Positions 24,558 through 35,641 of a stretch of 64,000 nucleotides of DNA are shown here, piece by piece. Source of the DNA: an uncultured Chloroflexia bacterium (lineage in GTDB: Bacteria; Chloroflexota; UBA6077; JACCZL01); the NCBI GenBank assembly GCA_963765765.1, contig CAVXYC010000007.1:110069-174068 (forward strand), read 5' to 3'. The notes under the pieces are model-generated. The model was not told where the DNA came from, ran no database searches, and saw only the letters and a list, made by a program, of their open reading frames with translations. The position numbers were made by a program, and so were the translations under genes. Positions within the stretch are counted from its first letter, which is position 1, and the number at the start of each line of letters is the position of its first letter.

Positions 24558-24880
24558 CGTCTGGACAACACGGTCTATCGCCTCGGCTTTGCTCGAACGC
24601 TCCCAATGGCGGCAACTGGTAACCCATAGTCATAGTCTGATCATTGGTCGCCGCACCGATATTCCGTCCTACCAGGTCCGGCCCGGCGAGACGGTCACCC
24701 TGGACGGCACCGACGCACAAAATGCCAACCGTCATCGAGGAGCTCTAGGCGCGCAGGCCGCTTTCTCCGTGGTTGAACAGAACAGACACCACGGGCCAAG
24801 TCACTGGATTGCCCGAACATGACTACGTGGATCTGCCTGTTGAGGAGGAGCAGATCGTCGTGTTCTATGCACGCCGTTGA
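24558..24880 (+). pseudogene. rpsD: Ribosomal protein S4 C-terminal remnant
   Basis: Manual translation across frameshifts: [14 protein letters not shown]...RQLVTHSH...[16 protein letters not shown]...VEEEQIVVFYARR*. Contains an in-frame TAG and lacks the N-terminal half. Confidence 0.8.
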
Positions 24881-24915
24881 ATTCGGGCTTGCAGGCCGCG
24901 CTCGGAAGGGGGTGA

Positions 24916-25368
24916 TTAATCCTGACCGCCCCACATGCGCTGCTCCACAGCGGCGTAGATCGTAGCGCGCATGATGCCAAGGCGCGATAAGGTCACCGCG
25001 GCTGCGGTGGCATCGGACAAAACCGCGAGTAGCAAATGGTCGGGATCAATGTAGTAGTGACCGCGATGGTCAGCTTCCAGCCCGGCAAGCTCCAACGTTT
25101 GCATGAAATCCAGCGTCCGCGGCCCAAGCGCGGACGCCGCAGGCGGTCGATCCGCCATCACTGAACGAAGCGCTTGGCGCAAACGGTCTGGTCCCCAGCC
25201 GTTCTCAGCGAACACGCCGCCCGCGGTTCCGAGTGGTGCCGTAACAAGTGCCAGCAAGAGGTGCTCACTGGTGGCCGAACGATGACCTAGAGCTTCTGCC
25301 TCAGCCTCTGCCGACAGCAGAAGGTCCCGAACTGCCGCGGTGTACCTATCGGAGCTAGGCCCGACCAT
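24916..25368 (-). CDS. Clp protease N-terminal domain protein
   Basis: Two repeats: EAEALGH...EHLLLAL and EADHRGH...DHLLLAV. Confidence 0.8.
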   Translation of the reverse strand: MVGPSSDRYTAAVRDLLLSAEAEAEALGHRSATSEHLLLALVTAPLGTAGGVFAENGWGPDRLRQALRSVMADRPPAASALGPRTLDFMQTLELAGLEADHRGHYYIDPDHLLLAVLSDATAAAVTLSRLGIMRATIYAAVEQRMWGGQD

Positions 25369-25480
25369 GATTCGGCTCTGGGACCAAAGAATTCTTGCCC
25401 TTTGTCTGCATCTCAGTCAATCTGGCCGGGAGGGGCGGGACGCCCGCGGTCCCAGGCCGCCACTCTTGCGCTGCACTGGG

Positions 25481-27280
25481 CTAACCCTTGAGACTGAGTA
25501 CCGCCATGAAGGCTTCCTGGGGAATCTCTACGCTCCCCACGCGCTTCATCCGCTTCTTGCCCTCGGCCTGCTTCTCGAGCAGTTTGCGCTTGCGACTGAT
25601 GTCACCACCGTAGCACTTGGCCAGGACGTTCTTCCGCATCGCGCGAATAGTCTCGCGGGCGATGATCTTGCTGCCCACCGCGGCCTGCAATGGCACGTCA
25701 AAGAGCTGACGAGGAATGAGGCCACGAAGCTTATCTACGAGCTCGCGGCCGGCGCTCTGCGCTTTGTCCTCATGGACGATCATCGAAAGCGCGTCCACGG
25801 GCGTGGTATTCACCAGGATGTCCAGCTTCACCAGATCAGACGCCCGGTAACCCACAAAACTGTAGTCCATGGACGCATAGCCCTGGGTGCGGGACTTGAG
25901 CTGGTCGTGGAGATCGATGATGAGCTCAGCCAGCGGCATGTCGTAGTCGATGAGTACGCGCTGCTCATCGAGGTAGTCCATCTTTTTGTAAACACCGCGG
26001 CGCGTGGTGACGAGGTCCATGACGGCGCCAATGGATCGGCTCGGAACGATGACCGAAAGGGAAACCCAGGGCTCTTCCACGCGTTGAATCTTGTTCGGCG
26101 CGGGAAGCTGCGCGGGGTTATCCACCTCCAGTAAGCCACCGTCCGTTGTGTACACGTGGTACTCCACACTGGGCGCGGTGATGAGCAGCTCCAGGTCGTA
26201 CTCACGCTCCAGACGCTCGCGGATGATCTCCATGTGGAGCATGCCCAGGAATCCGCAGCGGAAGCCGAATCCGAGCGCCGCGGAGCTCTCGGGCTCGTAC
26301 ACGAGCGAGGCATCGTTGAGCTTGAGTTTGATGAGCGCTTCACGCAGAAGTGGATACTCATCGCTCTGGGTGGGATACAGGCCAGCGAAGACCATCGGTT
26401 TTGCAGGGCGATACCCCGCCAACGGCTCAGTGGCGGGCCGCTCAGACAGGGTAATGGTGTCGCCCACGGCCATGTCTCCCACATCCTTCAATCCCGTGGC
26501 TATGTAGCCCACTTCACCGGTAACGAGCTCATCGCGCGCTTCCATGCCGGGGCGGAACACGCCCACTTCGAGCACGTCCGCGTGCCGACCGGTCACCATC
26601 ATTGTTACCCGCTTGTTGGGTGGCAGCCGGCCGTCCTTGAGCCGCACATAGGCGATAACGCCCTTATACGCGTCGTAATGCGAATCGAAGACCAGCGCGC
26701 GGAGCGGCGCATCGGGCTCGCCCTTGGGCGGCGGAACCTGCTCTACGATTGCTTCCAATATGTCGGCCACCCCTGTGCCCAGCTTGGCGGAGATAGGAAT
26801 CGCCTCATCGCCGGGCAGTCCTACGACGCGCTCGATCTCCCCTCGCGCGGCATCGACGTCCGCGTTGGGCAGATCGATCTTATTGATGACCGGAATGATC
26901 GTTAGATCGTGATCGATGGCCAGGTAAGCGTTGGCCAGCGTTTGCGCTTCTACGCCCTGGGCGGCGTCCACGACCAGGAGAGCGCCCTCGCACGCCGCAA
27001 GGCTGCGCGAGACTTCGTAGCCGAAGTCCACGTGGCCGGGCGTATCAATCAAGTTCAGCTCAAATACGTCACCATTCGGCCGGCGGTACTCCATGCGCAC
27101 CGACTTGGCCTTGATGGTGATGCCCTTCTCACGCTCCAAATCCATGGCGTCCAGAAGCTGCGCCGACATGTCACGCGAGGCGACCGTCCCGGTCATCTCC
27201 AGCAGGCGGTCAGCCAGCGTGGACTTGCCGTGATCGATGTGGGCGATGATGCAGAAGTTGCGTATGTGGGCCTGGTCCAT
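25481..27280 (-). CDS. lepA: Translation elongation factor 4
   Basis: [37 protein letters not shown] and [17 protein letters not shown]. Confidence 0.98.
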   Translation of the reverse strand: MDQAHIRNFCIIAHIDHGKSTLADRLLEMTGTVASRDMSAQLLDAMDLEREKGITIKAKSVRMEYRRPNGDVFELNLIDTPGHVDFGYEVSRSLAACEGALLVVDAAQGVEAQTLANAYLAIDHDLTIIPVINKIDLPNADVDAARGEIERVVGLPGDEAIPISAKLGTGVADILEAIVEQVPPPKGEPDAPLRALVFDSHYDAYKGVIAYVRLKDGRLPPNKRVTMMVTGRHADVLEVGVFRPGMEARDELVTGEVGYIATGLKDVGDMAVGDTITLSERPATEPLAGYRPAKPMVFAGLYPTQSDEYPLLREALIKLKLNDASLVYEPESSAALGFGFRCGFLGMLHMEIIRERLEREYDLELLITAPSVEYHVYTTDGGLLEVDNPAQLPAPNKIQRVEEPWVSLSVIVPSRSIGAVMDLVTTRRGVYKKMDYLDEQRVLIDYDMPLAELIIDLHDQLKSRTQGYASMDYSFVGYRASDLVKLDILVNTTPVDALSMIVHEDKAQSAGRELVDKLRGLIPRQLFDVPLQAAVGSKIIARETIRAMRKNVLAKCYGGDISRKRKLLEKQAEGKKRMKRVGSVEIPQEAFMAVLSLKG

Positions 27281-27310
27281 GCGAGCCGATCAGTGGAAAT
27301 TGCGATCATC

Positions 27311-27362
27311 AAAAGGCCCGTCCGAAGGGCTGGACGGGCCGATGTCTCAGCGATGAAGTATA
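27311..27362 (-). promoter_or_regulatory. lepA promoter (-10 TATACT) followed by a terminator-like leader hairpin
   Basis: Minus strand TGCTATACT (hexamer at 27362-27357), then GGCCCGTCC-loop-GGACGGGCC-TTTT at 27340-27311. Confidence 0.5.
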
Positions 27363-27638
27363 GCAGTCGCGGTCATGAGGAGCGGCTTACTGATCATAAA
27401 ATCGCGGCACGACGGGGATCTGGCGAGGCAGCAGCCCCCACAACGTTCCAGTACGATCTCACCGCCCGATGGACGCGGTTCGAGACGGTAGAGACCGCTG
27501 GGACTGGAGGAGAGCTACTATTCCATCCGCTCCGTTGAAGGCCGGCTGCCTGGCAGGGAGCAATGGTGGGAAGTGCTGGAGCCGAAAATCCTGGGGCTGG
27601 AGCCGCTCGCCCGCGTCAAGCGCTAATCTCAACTTGCA

Positions 27639-27736
27639 CAGAGCCGCATCCGGTAAGGGTGCGGTTCCTCCCACAGTGTCCCCGTTCAGAGCGGGACCTC
27701 GCGAGAGGAACCGCACCCTTACCGGATGCGGTTCTG
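27639..27736. repeat. Inverted repeat doublet (REP-like) after the ABC operon
   Basis: 32-bp arms at 27639-27670 and 27705-27736 with 1 mismatch. Each arm is an imperfect hairpin. Confidence 0.85.
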
Positions 27737-27740
27737 CTGC

Positions 27741-28989
27741 CTACCGCTTCTCGTTCGCGATGGCCAGCGCCTTGTCCAGGAACACGTCGCCGGTGGGCGT
27801 TCCGATAATGACCTTGTAGTCATTGATCTTGGACCAGTCGGGCGTCGCATCCTGGTTGACGATCTTCGCATCCAGGCGGCGAGAGGTTGCGTCGGGTCCG
27901 CCCAGCTCGTTCCAGGTATCCTGGCCCTCTTTGCTCAGGAACCAGGCCAGGAAGACCTTGGTGGCATTGGGATGCGGCGCATTCTTCATCAAGGTCACGC
28001 CCGCCGCGGATACGGTTGTGGTCCCGACCTCCACCAGCGGCTGAGCATTCTTGCCCAGGCCGATGGAAGTGAACTCGGCCAGCGTGTCCGGCGTGACGCC
28101 GATACAGATCGGGTAGCGGCCCTGGACCATCCATTCCACGGACTGACGGATGTTGTCCACCGCCACCGGCTCCTGGTCGAACATGATTTTGCGCACGAAG
28201 TCCTCGCCCTGACTCTGGACGAGCGCCGCCAATGCGTTGGAGCCGGCGCTGGATTGCTGCGGACGGTACATCGTGATCTTGCCCTTGAACTTCGGGTCGG
28301 CGAGCTGGCTTGCGGTGGCCAGCTCTGACACCGGCAGTACGTCACGATTGACGTAAATCCGATAGCCGATGTTGATCTGCGTGACCAACGAGTCCGGACT
28401 GGCGGCGCTGCGCTGCCAGTTGAACCCATTGGCCCACTTAGTGTCGTCACGCACGTCCGGCGGTAGAGACTCCAGGATCGGGCGAATGTCACCAACAGCG
28501 CCAGCCGGCATGAGCACCCGCTCAGCGCTATTCAAACCGGTCATGAACAGCAGGTCGGTGCTGTACATGCCCTGGCGCTGCTCCGAGACGGCGCGGGCGG
28601 AGAAGTTACTGGCGCCCAGACCCAGCCGCTCGACCTTGATTCCTGGGAATTTGGCCTCGAAAACATCCGTGACACGCTTCTCGTTGTCGCCGGATGTATG
28701 CGCCAGGACAATGCTGCCTTCCTTACGCGCGGCCTCCACAGTCTGATCCCACTCTGCCTGACTCCAGGACGATGACGGCTTGGCGGCCGGGAGCTTCAGA
28801 CTTGGCGGCAGGTGCGGTCGTAGGCTGAGCAGCGGGCGCATCCGTCTTTGGCGCCGCTGCCGGCGCCGTCGTGGGCTTGGTCGCGGAGGTTGGCGATGGT
28901 GGCGGCGCGGCCGGAGCGCATGCGATCGTGAGCAGGCCGATCGTCAGGGCCAGGCCAAGAGGTCGGGCAATTCCATATCGCGTCATCAT
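27741..28989 (-). CDS. ABC transporter extracellular solute-binding lipoprotein, Fe3+/thiamine-type fold (frameshift near 28795)
   Basis: Lipobox LTIAC, PA linker, WDQTVEAARKEG, LADPKFKGKI and NAPHPNATKVFLAWFLSKEGQ. Confidence 0.85.
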
Positions 28990-29011
28990 CACGTCTCCTC
29001 TTATTGCGCGA

Positions 29012-30751
29012 TCAGCGCGCAGCGTCAAGTCGCAGGCCGGCGAATCGCGCAATAAGCGCCACTCCGACGGTCATAAACAGCAAGAGCACACCAACGACTG
29101 ATGCCGCCCCGTACTGATTGGTACTCAGCAGCGAAAGCTGCAACATGGACAGCGGCTGATTGGACGAGTTGGACAGCAACGCAATCGAGCCGGTGGCGCG
29201 GGCACCGGTGGCAAACATCAGCACGCCCACCACCGCGACGGTGGGCGCGATGAGCGGCAGCACGACTCGCCTGAACGTGTGCCACCAGGATGCCCCGGAC
29301 GCCCATGACGCTTCCTCCAGCTCATGACCGAGCTGCAGCAGGCTTGCCTTGGTGATCTGCGTGCCGAGCGTGATGCTGGCCAGGGCGGTCACCAGGATGA
29401 GCACGAACGTGGTCCCGTACAGCGGTCGCGAGAAACGGTGTCCCCAGGAACAGCCACAGGAACCCGAGGCTCAGGATAATGCCCGGCAGCGTAGACGGGA
29501 CCCAGACAAGGGCGTCCAACAGCTTCCGACCGCCGTACTGCGTGCGCACGATGATGTACGCCACCAGCGTGAATGCCGACATGCAGATCAGCGCTTTGCC
29601 GCCGGCCACGATGAGCGTATTGATGGTGGCGCTGATGATTCCGGGATTGGTGAACGCCATCTGCCAGTGCTTGAACGTCCATGGCTCGGCAATGTTGAAG
29701 TAGCCAAACACGCGTCATGAACGTGCCCATGATCACCATGCCTACCGGCAGCACGGTCATGACCAGAACCAGTCCCAGGACGAGTGCGAACAGCGGGCGG
29801 CGCCAGCGTCCCAGAGGCGTCAGCCGCCGCGAGAACTTCCCGCTGACCGTCACGTGGCTGCGGTGGGTGCTGTACCACTGCTGGAACATGATGGCCGGGC
29901 AGCATGATCGCCAGGACGGCCATACTCAGCGCCGTTGCGACGCCGTACTCTGGCGGCTCGCGCTGGGCGATCCGGTAAATGCGCGTGCTGAATACGTCTA
30001 GCCGCGTCGGCGCGCCGAGGATGAGCTCCGGCTCGAACGATTCCAGTGCCCGAATGGTGCTCAGAATGGTGACCACCAGAATTGCCGGGCCGAGGATCGG
30101 AACAATGATCCGCAGAAGCGTTGCGAGACTGCTGGCGCCGGACGCAAGTGACGCTTCTTCCAGGGATGCGTCAAGATTCCGGAACGCCGGCGTGAGAAGC
30201 ATCACCTGAACCGCGACGGTACCGCTCAGCAGGTGCGCCGCGACGATACCCCACCAGGTATAGATATCGAACACCGGGCCGGTCACAAACGGCAGCAGCC
30301 GCAGAAGCTGGTTGACGATCCCGTTGAAGCTATCGAACAACAGAATCCAGGCCACCAGTACCGTCAGGCTGGGCAGGAATACGGCTACCCAGAAGCCCAA
30401 CTCCAGCCACGAGGCCCATGGCAGGTCCGTCCGAGCGATGAGCCAGGCAACGCCGATGGCCAGCGATAGGCTGATTGCCTGACGCGTGACGGCCAGGCTG
30501 ATGGTATTCCAGATCGCGCTCACCAGCGCCGGCTCTGTCACGGCCGCTCGCCAATTGTCCAGTCCCATGTGCGTCTCGCGACCAAACGGTCCGACCCATA
30601 AGCTGTTGATCAGCAGCAGGACCACCGGATAAACGACCAGCAAGCCCACCAGCGCCAGCACCAGCGTGCACAGCACGGTTGTTACGGAGACCGTCAGTCC
30701 CGACCGTGACGAGGTTGGAGCTCTGCCGGCGGCTACCTGTTGGTTAGCCAT
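29012..30751 (-). CDS. ABC transporter fused permease (FbpB-like), split by about 3 frameshifts
   Basis: Two EAA-type loops (LDASLEEASLASGA and LEEASWASGA) and many TM helices across ORFs 29588..30751, 29389..29889, 29322..29711 and 29012..29404. Confidence 0.85.
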
Positions 30752-30771
30752 TTCAGTCCTTCGGAAGCGCC

Positions 30772-31700
30772 CTACAGATACCCGACTTCCCGATAGTATC
30801 GTTCCGCCCCTGGGTGGTACGGGAAGCCGCGGTCACCGGCCACCTCTCGTTCGTCGTAGGAGAATGGCAGCAACGTCATGTCGGAAGAAATGGCGGCCCT
30901 CGTCAAGCGCCTTCGCCAGCAGGTAGGCAAAGTCATCCGGCATATCGTCGCGCCCGTAGATCACCTGCCACGGTCGATACATTGAAGGCGTGTCCTTCTC
31001 CACTCCGCGATACAGGCGATAGGGAATAAAGCCCGGCTCGCCGCCAAGCTCCTCGCACATGCTGTTGAGCAGATCGTCCGGTATCGGCAGGAAGCGCAGG
31101 TTGAAGAGCATCGACGCGTCGTACCAGAACGTCTGCTCGATGGTGAACGCCGCGTAGATCGGATCCATGATCACGTCGAATTCACCGGTCCTGGCCCATG
31201 GGCCGGGGACGAAGGGTGCGCCCTCGCGTCGCATCGGCATTCGATAGAAAGCTCCGCCCCACGACTCGATCATCTCCCGCGAGAGCCCGTGGTACTTCCA
31301 GATCGGCTCGAACAGCGATCCGGTGCCGCCGATCACTCGGACGGGGAGCTGGCGCTCTTTGATCTGACCGAGATTGGTGATGAACGTGTCGGCCCGCACG
31401 GCCACGCCCAGCCAGGCGGGATGCATAATCGTCGCCAGCATGCGCAGATTGGTGCGTGGCTCCTCGCCGGCGAAGGTGTGCTTGCCCTGGTAGGCCCAGC
31501 GAGCCGCGTGCGCCGAGGTGGCGCCTAGATCGACCTGCCGCAGAAAGCACCCTCGGATTGCGATCGCGCGATGCCTCCGGCTCGACTCGCACCTCATAGC
31601 CGTGCTTCTCCAGCGCGCGGCCAACGATCAGGCCCAGCGTTCCCCACGGTGTGCCCAACCCGGCGCCACCGAACACCAGCTTCTTGTCAGCGAAGGTCAT
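30772..31700 (-). CDS. TAXI-family TRAP solute-binding protein (two frameshifts)
   Basis: NLRMLATI, RDDMPDDFAY and the C-terminal signature PYHPGAERYYREVGYL* read in the shifted frame. Confidence 0.75.
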
Positions 31701-31993
31701 GGCGATCCCCTTAGGGGACGCATCGTAGCGGACAGGTGGGGTATCCGCAAGAATCTAGCGGGAGCAGAGGCCTGCCCGGGATCCGCCCGGTCGCTACACA
31801 CCGTTCGCTGTTTCCCGAAATCCTCCGGGAATCCGCCTTTGAAGCGATCGAAACGGGGTCGCGCCTCACCTCTGAGCCGCGATTGTGACGCGCGGTCAGG
31901 CAATCTCGGTCTATTGTTTGCTCGTGTGACGCGACGGCGCATGTATCTCGTACGACCCTCGATGTCAGTAGCTCGTTAAAGACTGAGACTGTG

Positions 31994-33300
31994 ATGCAGA
32001 TACCATCCCGCCACCAACCGCGTTGGAAGCGCGGAACGCTTGCGTTCGTGACCAGCTCCGCGCTGCTTCTGGCCGCGTGCGCACCAGCTCAGGTTCCGGC
32101 TCAACCACCAACATCGGCTCCCACAAACGCGCCCCAACCCGCGTCGTCCCCTACCGGCGCTCCGGCCCCGGCCGCATCGCCAGCGTCATCGCCGGCTGCT
32201 TCCCCCGCGGCAGCTCAAGCCTGGCCAGGATCGCTCGAGCGCGCCGCGGAAGCGCTAGTCGAGCTGGTCAATGCCAACCCGGGCAACCGCTCCGGTTTAG
32301 CTCAGATGCTCCAACAGTGGAGCCCCGTCTCTCCTGACCCGGCCGCGCCAAAGAATTCGCTGACGGAGGCCGATCTTACCGGCGACGGCCAGCCCGAGCT
32401 GGTTATCGGCCTGGTTGAACCTGAAGCACCTTCGAATCCGGCCGGCTCGCGGGGCCTTGTGGTCGCGCTCCATAACGAAGGAGGACGGTACCGCTCCATC
32501 CCGATTGCAACCAGCTCAACCCCCAGCCCGCCAGCCGGTCCATACATCCAGCAGGTCGTGGACGTGAATGCCGACCGAGCGGCGGAGGTCTTGACGACAA
32601 GTAAAGTTTGTGGCGCCAGCACGTGTACGACTTATCCGGCATTGGCAAGTTGGGCTGGCGGCAGTTACCGTTTGCTTACCCCGGCCGACTTGAGCATGGC
32701 CAGCGCCGATGTGAAACTCGAGGACCGTGACAACGACGGACGGCTCGAGCTAGTCCTTGCTGGCGGACAGCTCGGCTCCGCGGGCGCGGGCGTGCAGCGA
32801 GGACGCACCGAGATCTATCGGTATGTCGGCGGACGTTATGAGCTGGCCGATACACAGACTGAGGCGACCAGCTCGCGGTACCTGGTGATCGCGGACGCCA
32901 ACGCCGCGTTCGACCGCAAGGACTTCCGCGCGGCCGAGCCGCTCTACCAGCGTGCCGCCGCCGACGATACGCTGAGCGACGAGCGCCCCAGCGGCGGCAA
33001 TCCGGGACCCGGCCTGCGTGCGTTCGCCCGTTTCCGTCTGCTCCTGCTCAACGCGATCCAGGGCAAGGATAACGAGGCCGGAATAATCCTGGAGCGGATG
33101 AAGTCGCTGGATGCCGCCACCCCGTATCCCGCCGCTGCCCAGACGTTCTGGCATACCTACGGCCAAACCGGTTCGTGGAAGCCGGATGCGCCCAGTTCAC
33201 CGAGTCCGCGCGTCGGCAGCCCGCCATGCTCGAGCCACTCAACGGCTGGGGCCACTCGAACACGGAGATGAAGGCCGAGGAGCTGTGCGAGGAGCCTTAA
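31994..33300 (+). CDS. Lipoprotein with FG-GAP/VCBS-like Ca-binding repeats and a TPR-like region (frameshift near 33180)
   Basis: Lipobox LLLAAC, and DLTGDGQPEL, DVNADRAAE, DRDNDGRLEL repeats. The C-terminus NGWGHSN...ELCEEP* is in the shifted frame. Confidence 0.75.
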
Positions 33301-33331
33301 GGCGGAGGCGGGTCACTCGCCGAGAATCCGT

Positions 33332-33421
33332 GACGCGGTCTTCTAACGAGAACACGCCGGCGTCCGCGATCCGTCGATATTCAGCTACCGTGAACGGGCG
33401 CTTGGTGGGAACCTGTACCAT
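33332..33421 (-). pseudogene. Uma2 (DUF820) endonuclease N-terminal remnant
   Basis: GGAG RBS then MVQVPTKRPFTVAEYRRIADAGVFSLEDRV, after which the similarity stops abruptly. Confidence 0.7.
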
Positions 33422-33560
33422 CGAGCGCTCCTCGACTCAATCTATGGCTTGCGCTCTGCACCTCTGTCCGCTGTCTCTCGGGCTTGAGGATGAGAACTGG
33501 AGAAGGCGCCCTCGATGGGGCCCTCAAGTTCAAGCATAGGATTGCGGAGTTGACACAATG

Positions 33561-33594
33561 AAGCGCCCGTTCACGGTTCTGTGAACGGGCGCTT
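33561..33594. terminator. Hairpin downstream of the LPxTG protein gene
   Basis: Perfect 14-bp stem AAGCGCCCGTTCAC / GTGAACGGGCGCTT. Confidence 0.65.
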
Positions 33595-33633
33595 GTAAGT
33601 CGCTCGGGCGGCGTCGAGCCCGGTGATCCGCTC

Positions 33634-34376
33634 CTAACGGCGGCGGCGCGCGGCCAGGCCAAGGCCAACGCCGACCACGCCCAGCGCTCCGGCGACCGCC
33701 GGGATGAAGGACATGATCGTGCTGCCATCACCCGTGCGCGGGAGTGCCGCGGGGATCTGGACCGCCGGCGAAGCGACGGGCTTGGGCGCTACCGGTGCGG
33801 AGGCCGTGGTGGGCTTAGGCGCGGGGATCTGCGCAGCGGCCGGCGCGGCGGTGGTCGCGGTGGCAGACCGGCTTCGGCTGCGCGGCGGCCGGCGCCGCCG
33901 TGGTCGCGGTTGCCGCCGGCTGCGACTCGCCCGACGGCTGAGCCGCGCCGGCTGACGGCCGGGATGGTGCCACAGGCCACGTAGACGTTGGCCTCCTGCG
34001 GCGACTTGTGCACGTTGATCGCGAATCCGCCGGTTTGTACGGCGCTCAGTGGCGTGTTCACCATCGACGTGGACTTACCGTCGCGTGGGAATTCCAGGGC
34101 GAACACCACACCGCCGAGCGTGGGGCCACAATTGCCGGTGTGAATGTGCGCCGGCTGCGGGCCAGCAGGCGAATTCGCGAGGTCGATCACAACCCGCGTT
34201 TGATCACCCTCCGCCGATAACATTGCCGTTCCAGACTGACCGGATCCGTTCTCCTCCGCGAGCGCGATGGTGACAGTCGTCGGTTGAGCACCGACAGAAA
34301 CAGCGAGCGGGAGAACGACAGGCACGGCCACCGCCGCGAAAAGCGCTAGGGCGGATACAAACACCTGAGACTTCAT
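33634..34376 (-). CDS. Secreted CHRD/Cu-Zn-SOD-like domain protein with C-terminal LPRTG sorting signal (frameshifted in the linker)
   Basis: Signal peptide, NGSGQSGTA, PAHIHTGNC, INVHKS...VACG, an Ala/Pro linker, then LPRTG, a TM helix and ARRRR* in the shifted frame. Confidence 0.75.
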
Positions 34377-34567
34377 AACTTCCTCCGTGGATACCAGAGT
34401 GCTAAGAATCCCGAGCCGATCCGAGTGTCGGCAATTCGGCACCGTCCGTGGTCAGTAATCCATCCATGGCGACCGCTGCCTAGTATACGCCGGTTGACAG
34501 GGAGATTTCAGCGCAGATTCAAGAAAATACTGAGTGCATTCCGATGAGTGATGTCTACGTGATGTCC

Positions 34568-34595
34568 GTTAACAATCTGTTAACTCTTTGCTAAG
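34568..34595. promoter_or_regulatory. Putative OmpR-family operator
   Basis: GTTAAC (34568), GTTAAC (34579) and GCTAAG (34590) at 11-bp periodicity, between the divergent LPxTG gene and the two-component genes. Confidence 0.5.
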
Positions 34596-34709
34596 TACCG
34601 GTTAGGTCCCTCAGGTCATACTGGGACGCATTCCGTTCCTAGATTTCCCTTCATTTGATCAAGGCCCGCTGAGCGACGACAATCTAGAAGTGGAGGCGCT
34701 TCTTTATAC

Positions 34710-34871
34710 ATGCCAGCAAAGCTCATTGCCCTGGCGCTGCTGCTCATCGTGATCATGCTCGTTATCTGGGTGCTGTATGGCGAGCTCATCGCGGCGCGGA
34801 TTGCTCGAGCGCGTAACCGAGCCCCTGACAACGATGGCCTCCCCAGAGGCGATCCATGGCCGCGTCGCTAG
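34710..34871 (+). CDS. Unannotated 53-aa single-pass membrane protein
   Basis: MPAKLIALALLLIVIMLVIWVLYGELIAARIARARN.... GGAGG lies upstream and the ORF overlaps the response regulator start. Confidence 0.55.
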   Translation: MPAKLIALALLLIVIMLVIWVLYGELIAARIARARNRAPDNDGLPRGDPWPRR

Positions 34872-35539
34872 TCCTGGTTGCTGACGACGAGCGGAACATC
34901 CAGGAGCTCGCCCGTCTCTATCTCACAAATGATGGCTTCCAGGTGGAGACCGCGGCGAACGGACGCGAAGCGCTGGAGAAGGCACGCGCGGCGTCGCCAA
35001 GTCTTATTCTCCTGGACCTCATGATGCCGGAGATGGACGGCTGGGAAGTGTGCCGCGAGCTTCGGCGTGAGAGTGACGTCCCGATCATCATCATCACCGC
35101 ACGTGGGGATGATGTGGACAAGGTGGTAGGACTTGAGCTTGGGGCCGACGACTACATTACTAAGCCGTTCAATCCGCGCGAGCTGATAGCACGGGTGAAA
35201 GCGGTTCTCCGCCGCTACAGAACAGGACAGACGCCCACGCGCGTGCTGACTCTGGCGGATCTGCGCGTGGATCTAGATCGACGCGAGGTGCACGTGGGTG
35301 ACCGCACGTTGGAGCTCCGTCCCAAGGAATTCGAGCTGCTGGCGCTCCTGGCCAGCGCACCGGGCATTGTGTTTCCACGAGAGCGACTCCTCCAGCAAGC
35401 CTGGGGCTACGAGTACTACGGGGACTCACGCACCATCGACGTGCACGTCACCTGGCTACGCGACAAGCTTGCGGGCAGCGGCGTGCGGATCCAGACCGCC
35501 TGGGGCGTTGGGTACAAGCTCGTCGAGAGCGCAGAGTGA
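34856..35539 (+). CDS. OmpR-family DNA-binding response regulator
   Basis: LDLMMPEMDG, LELGADDYITKPF, RTIDVHV and WGVGYK. Confidence 0.95.
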   Translation: MAASLVLVADDERNIQELARLYLTNDGFQVETAANGREALEKARAASPSLILLDLMMPEMDGWEVCRELRRESDVPIIIITARGDDVDKVVGLELGADDYITKPFNPRELIARVKAVLRRYRTGQTPTRVLTLADLRVDLDRREVHVGDRTLELRPKEFELLALLASAPGIVFPRERLLQQAWGYEYYGDSRTIDVHVTWLRDKLAGSGVRIQTAWGVGYKLVESAE

Positions 35540-35641
35540 TGCAATGAAGAATGCAGGAGTAAGAATGAAGAATGGGGGCTCTGCACTCTGCACTCCCCAT
35601 TTGCCACTCTTCACTTTGCCCCTTGCACTCGTCACTCGCCC

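Noticed and set aside
35540-35640. Short AATGAAG/CACTCT-type repeats between the regulator and kinase (similar at 7955-8050 and 47450-47500)
   Set aside because: Low-complexity intergenic hairpin repeats with no evidence of a distinct element.
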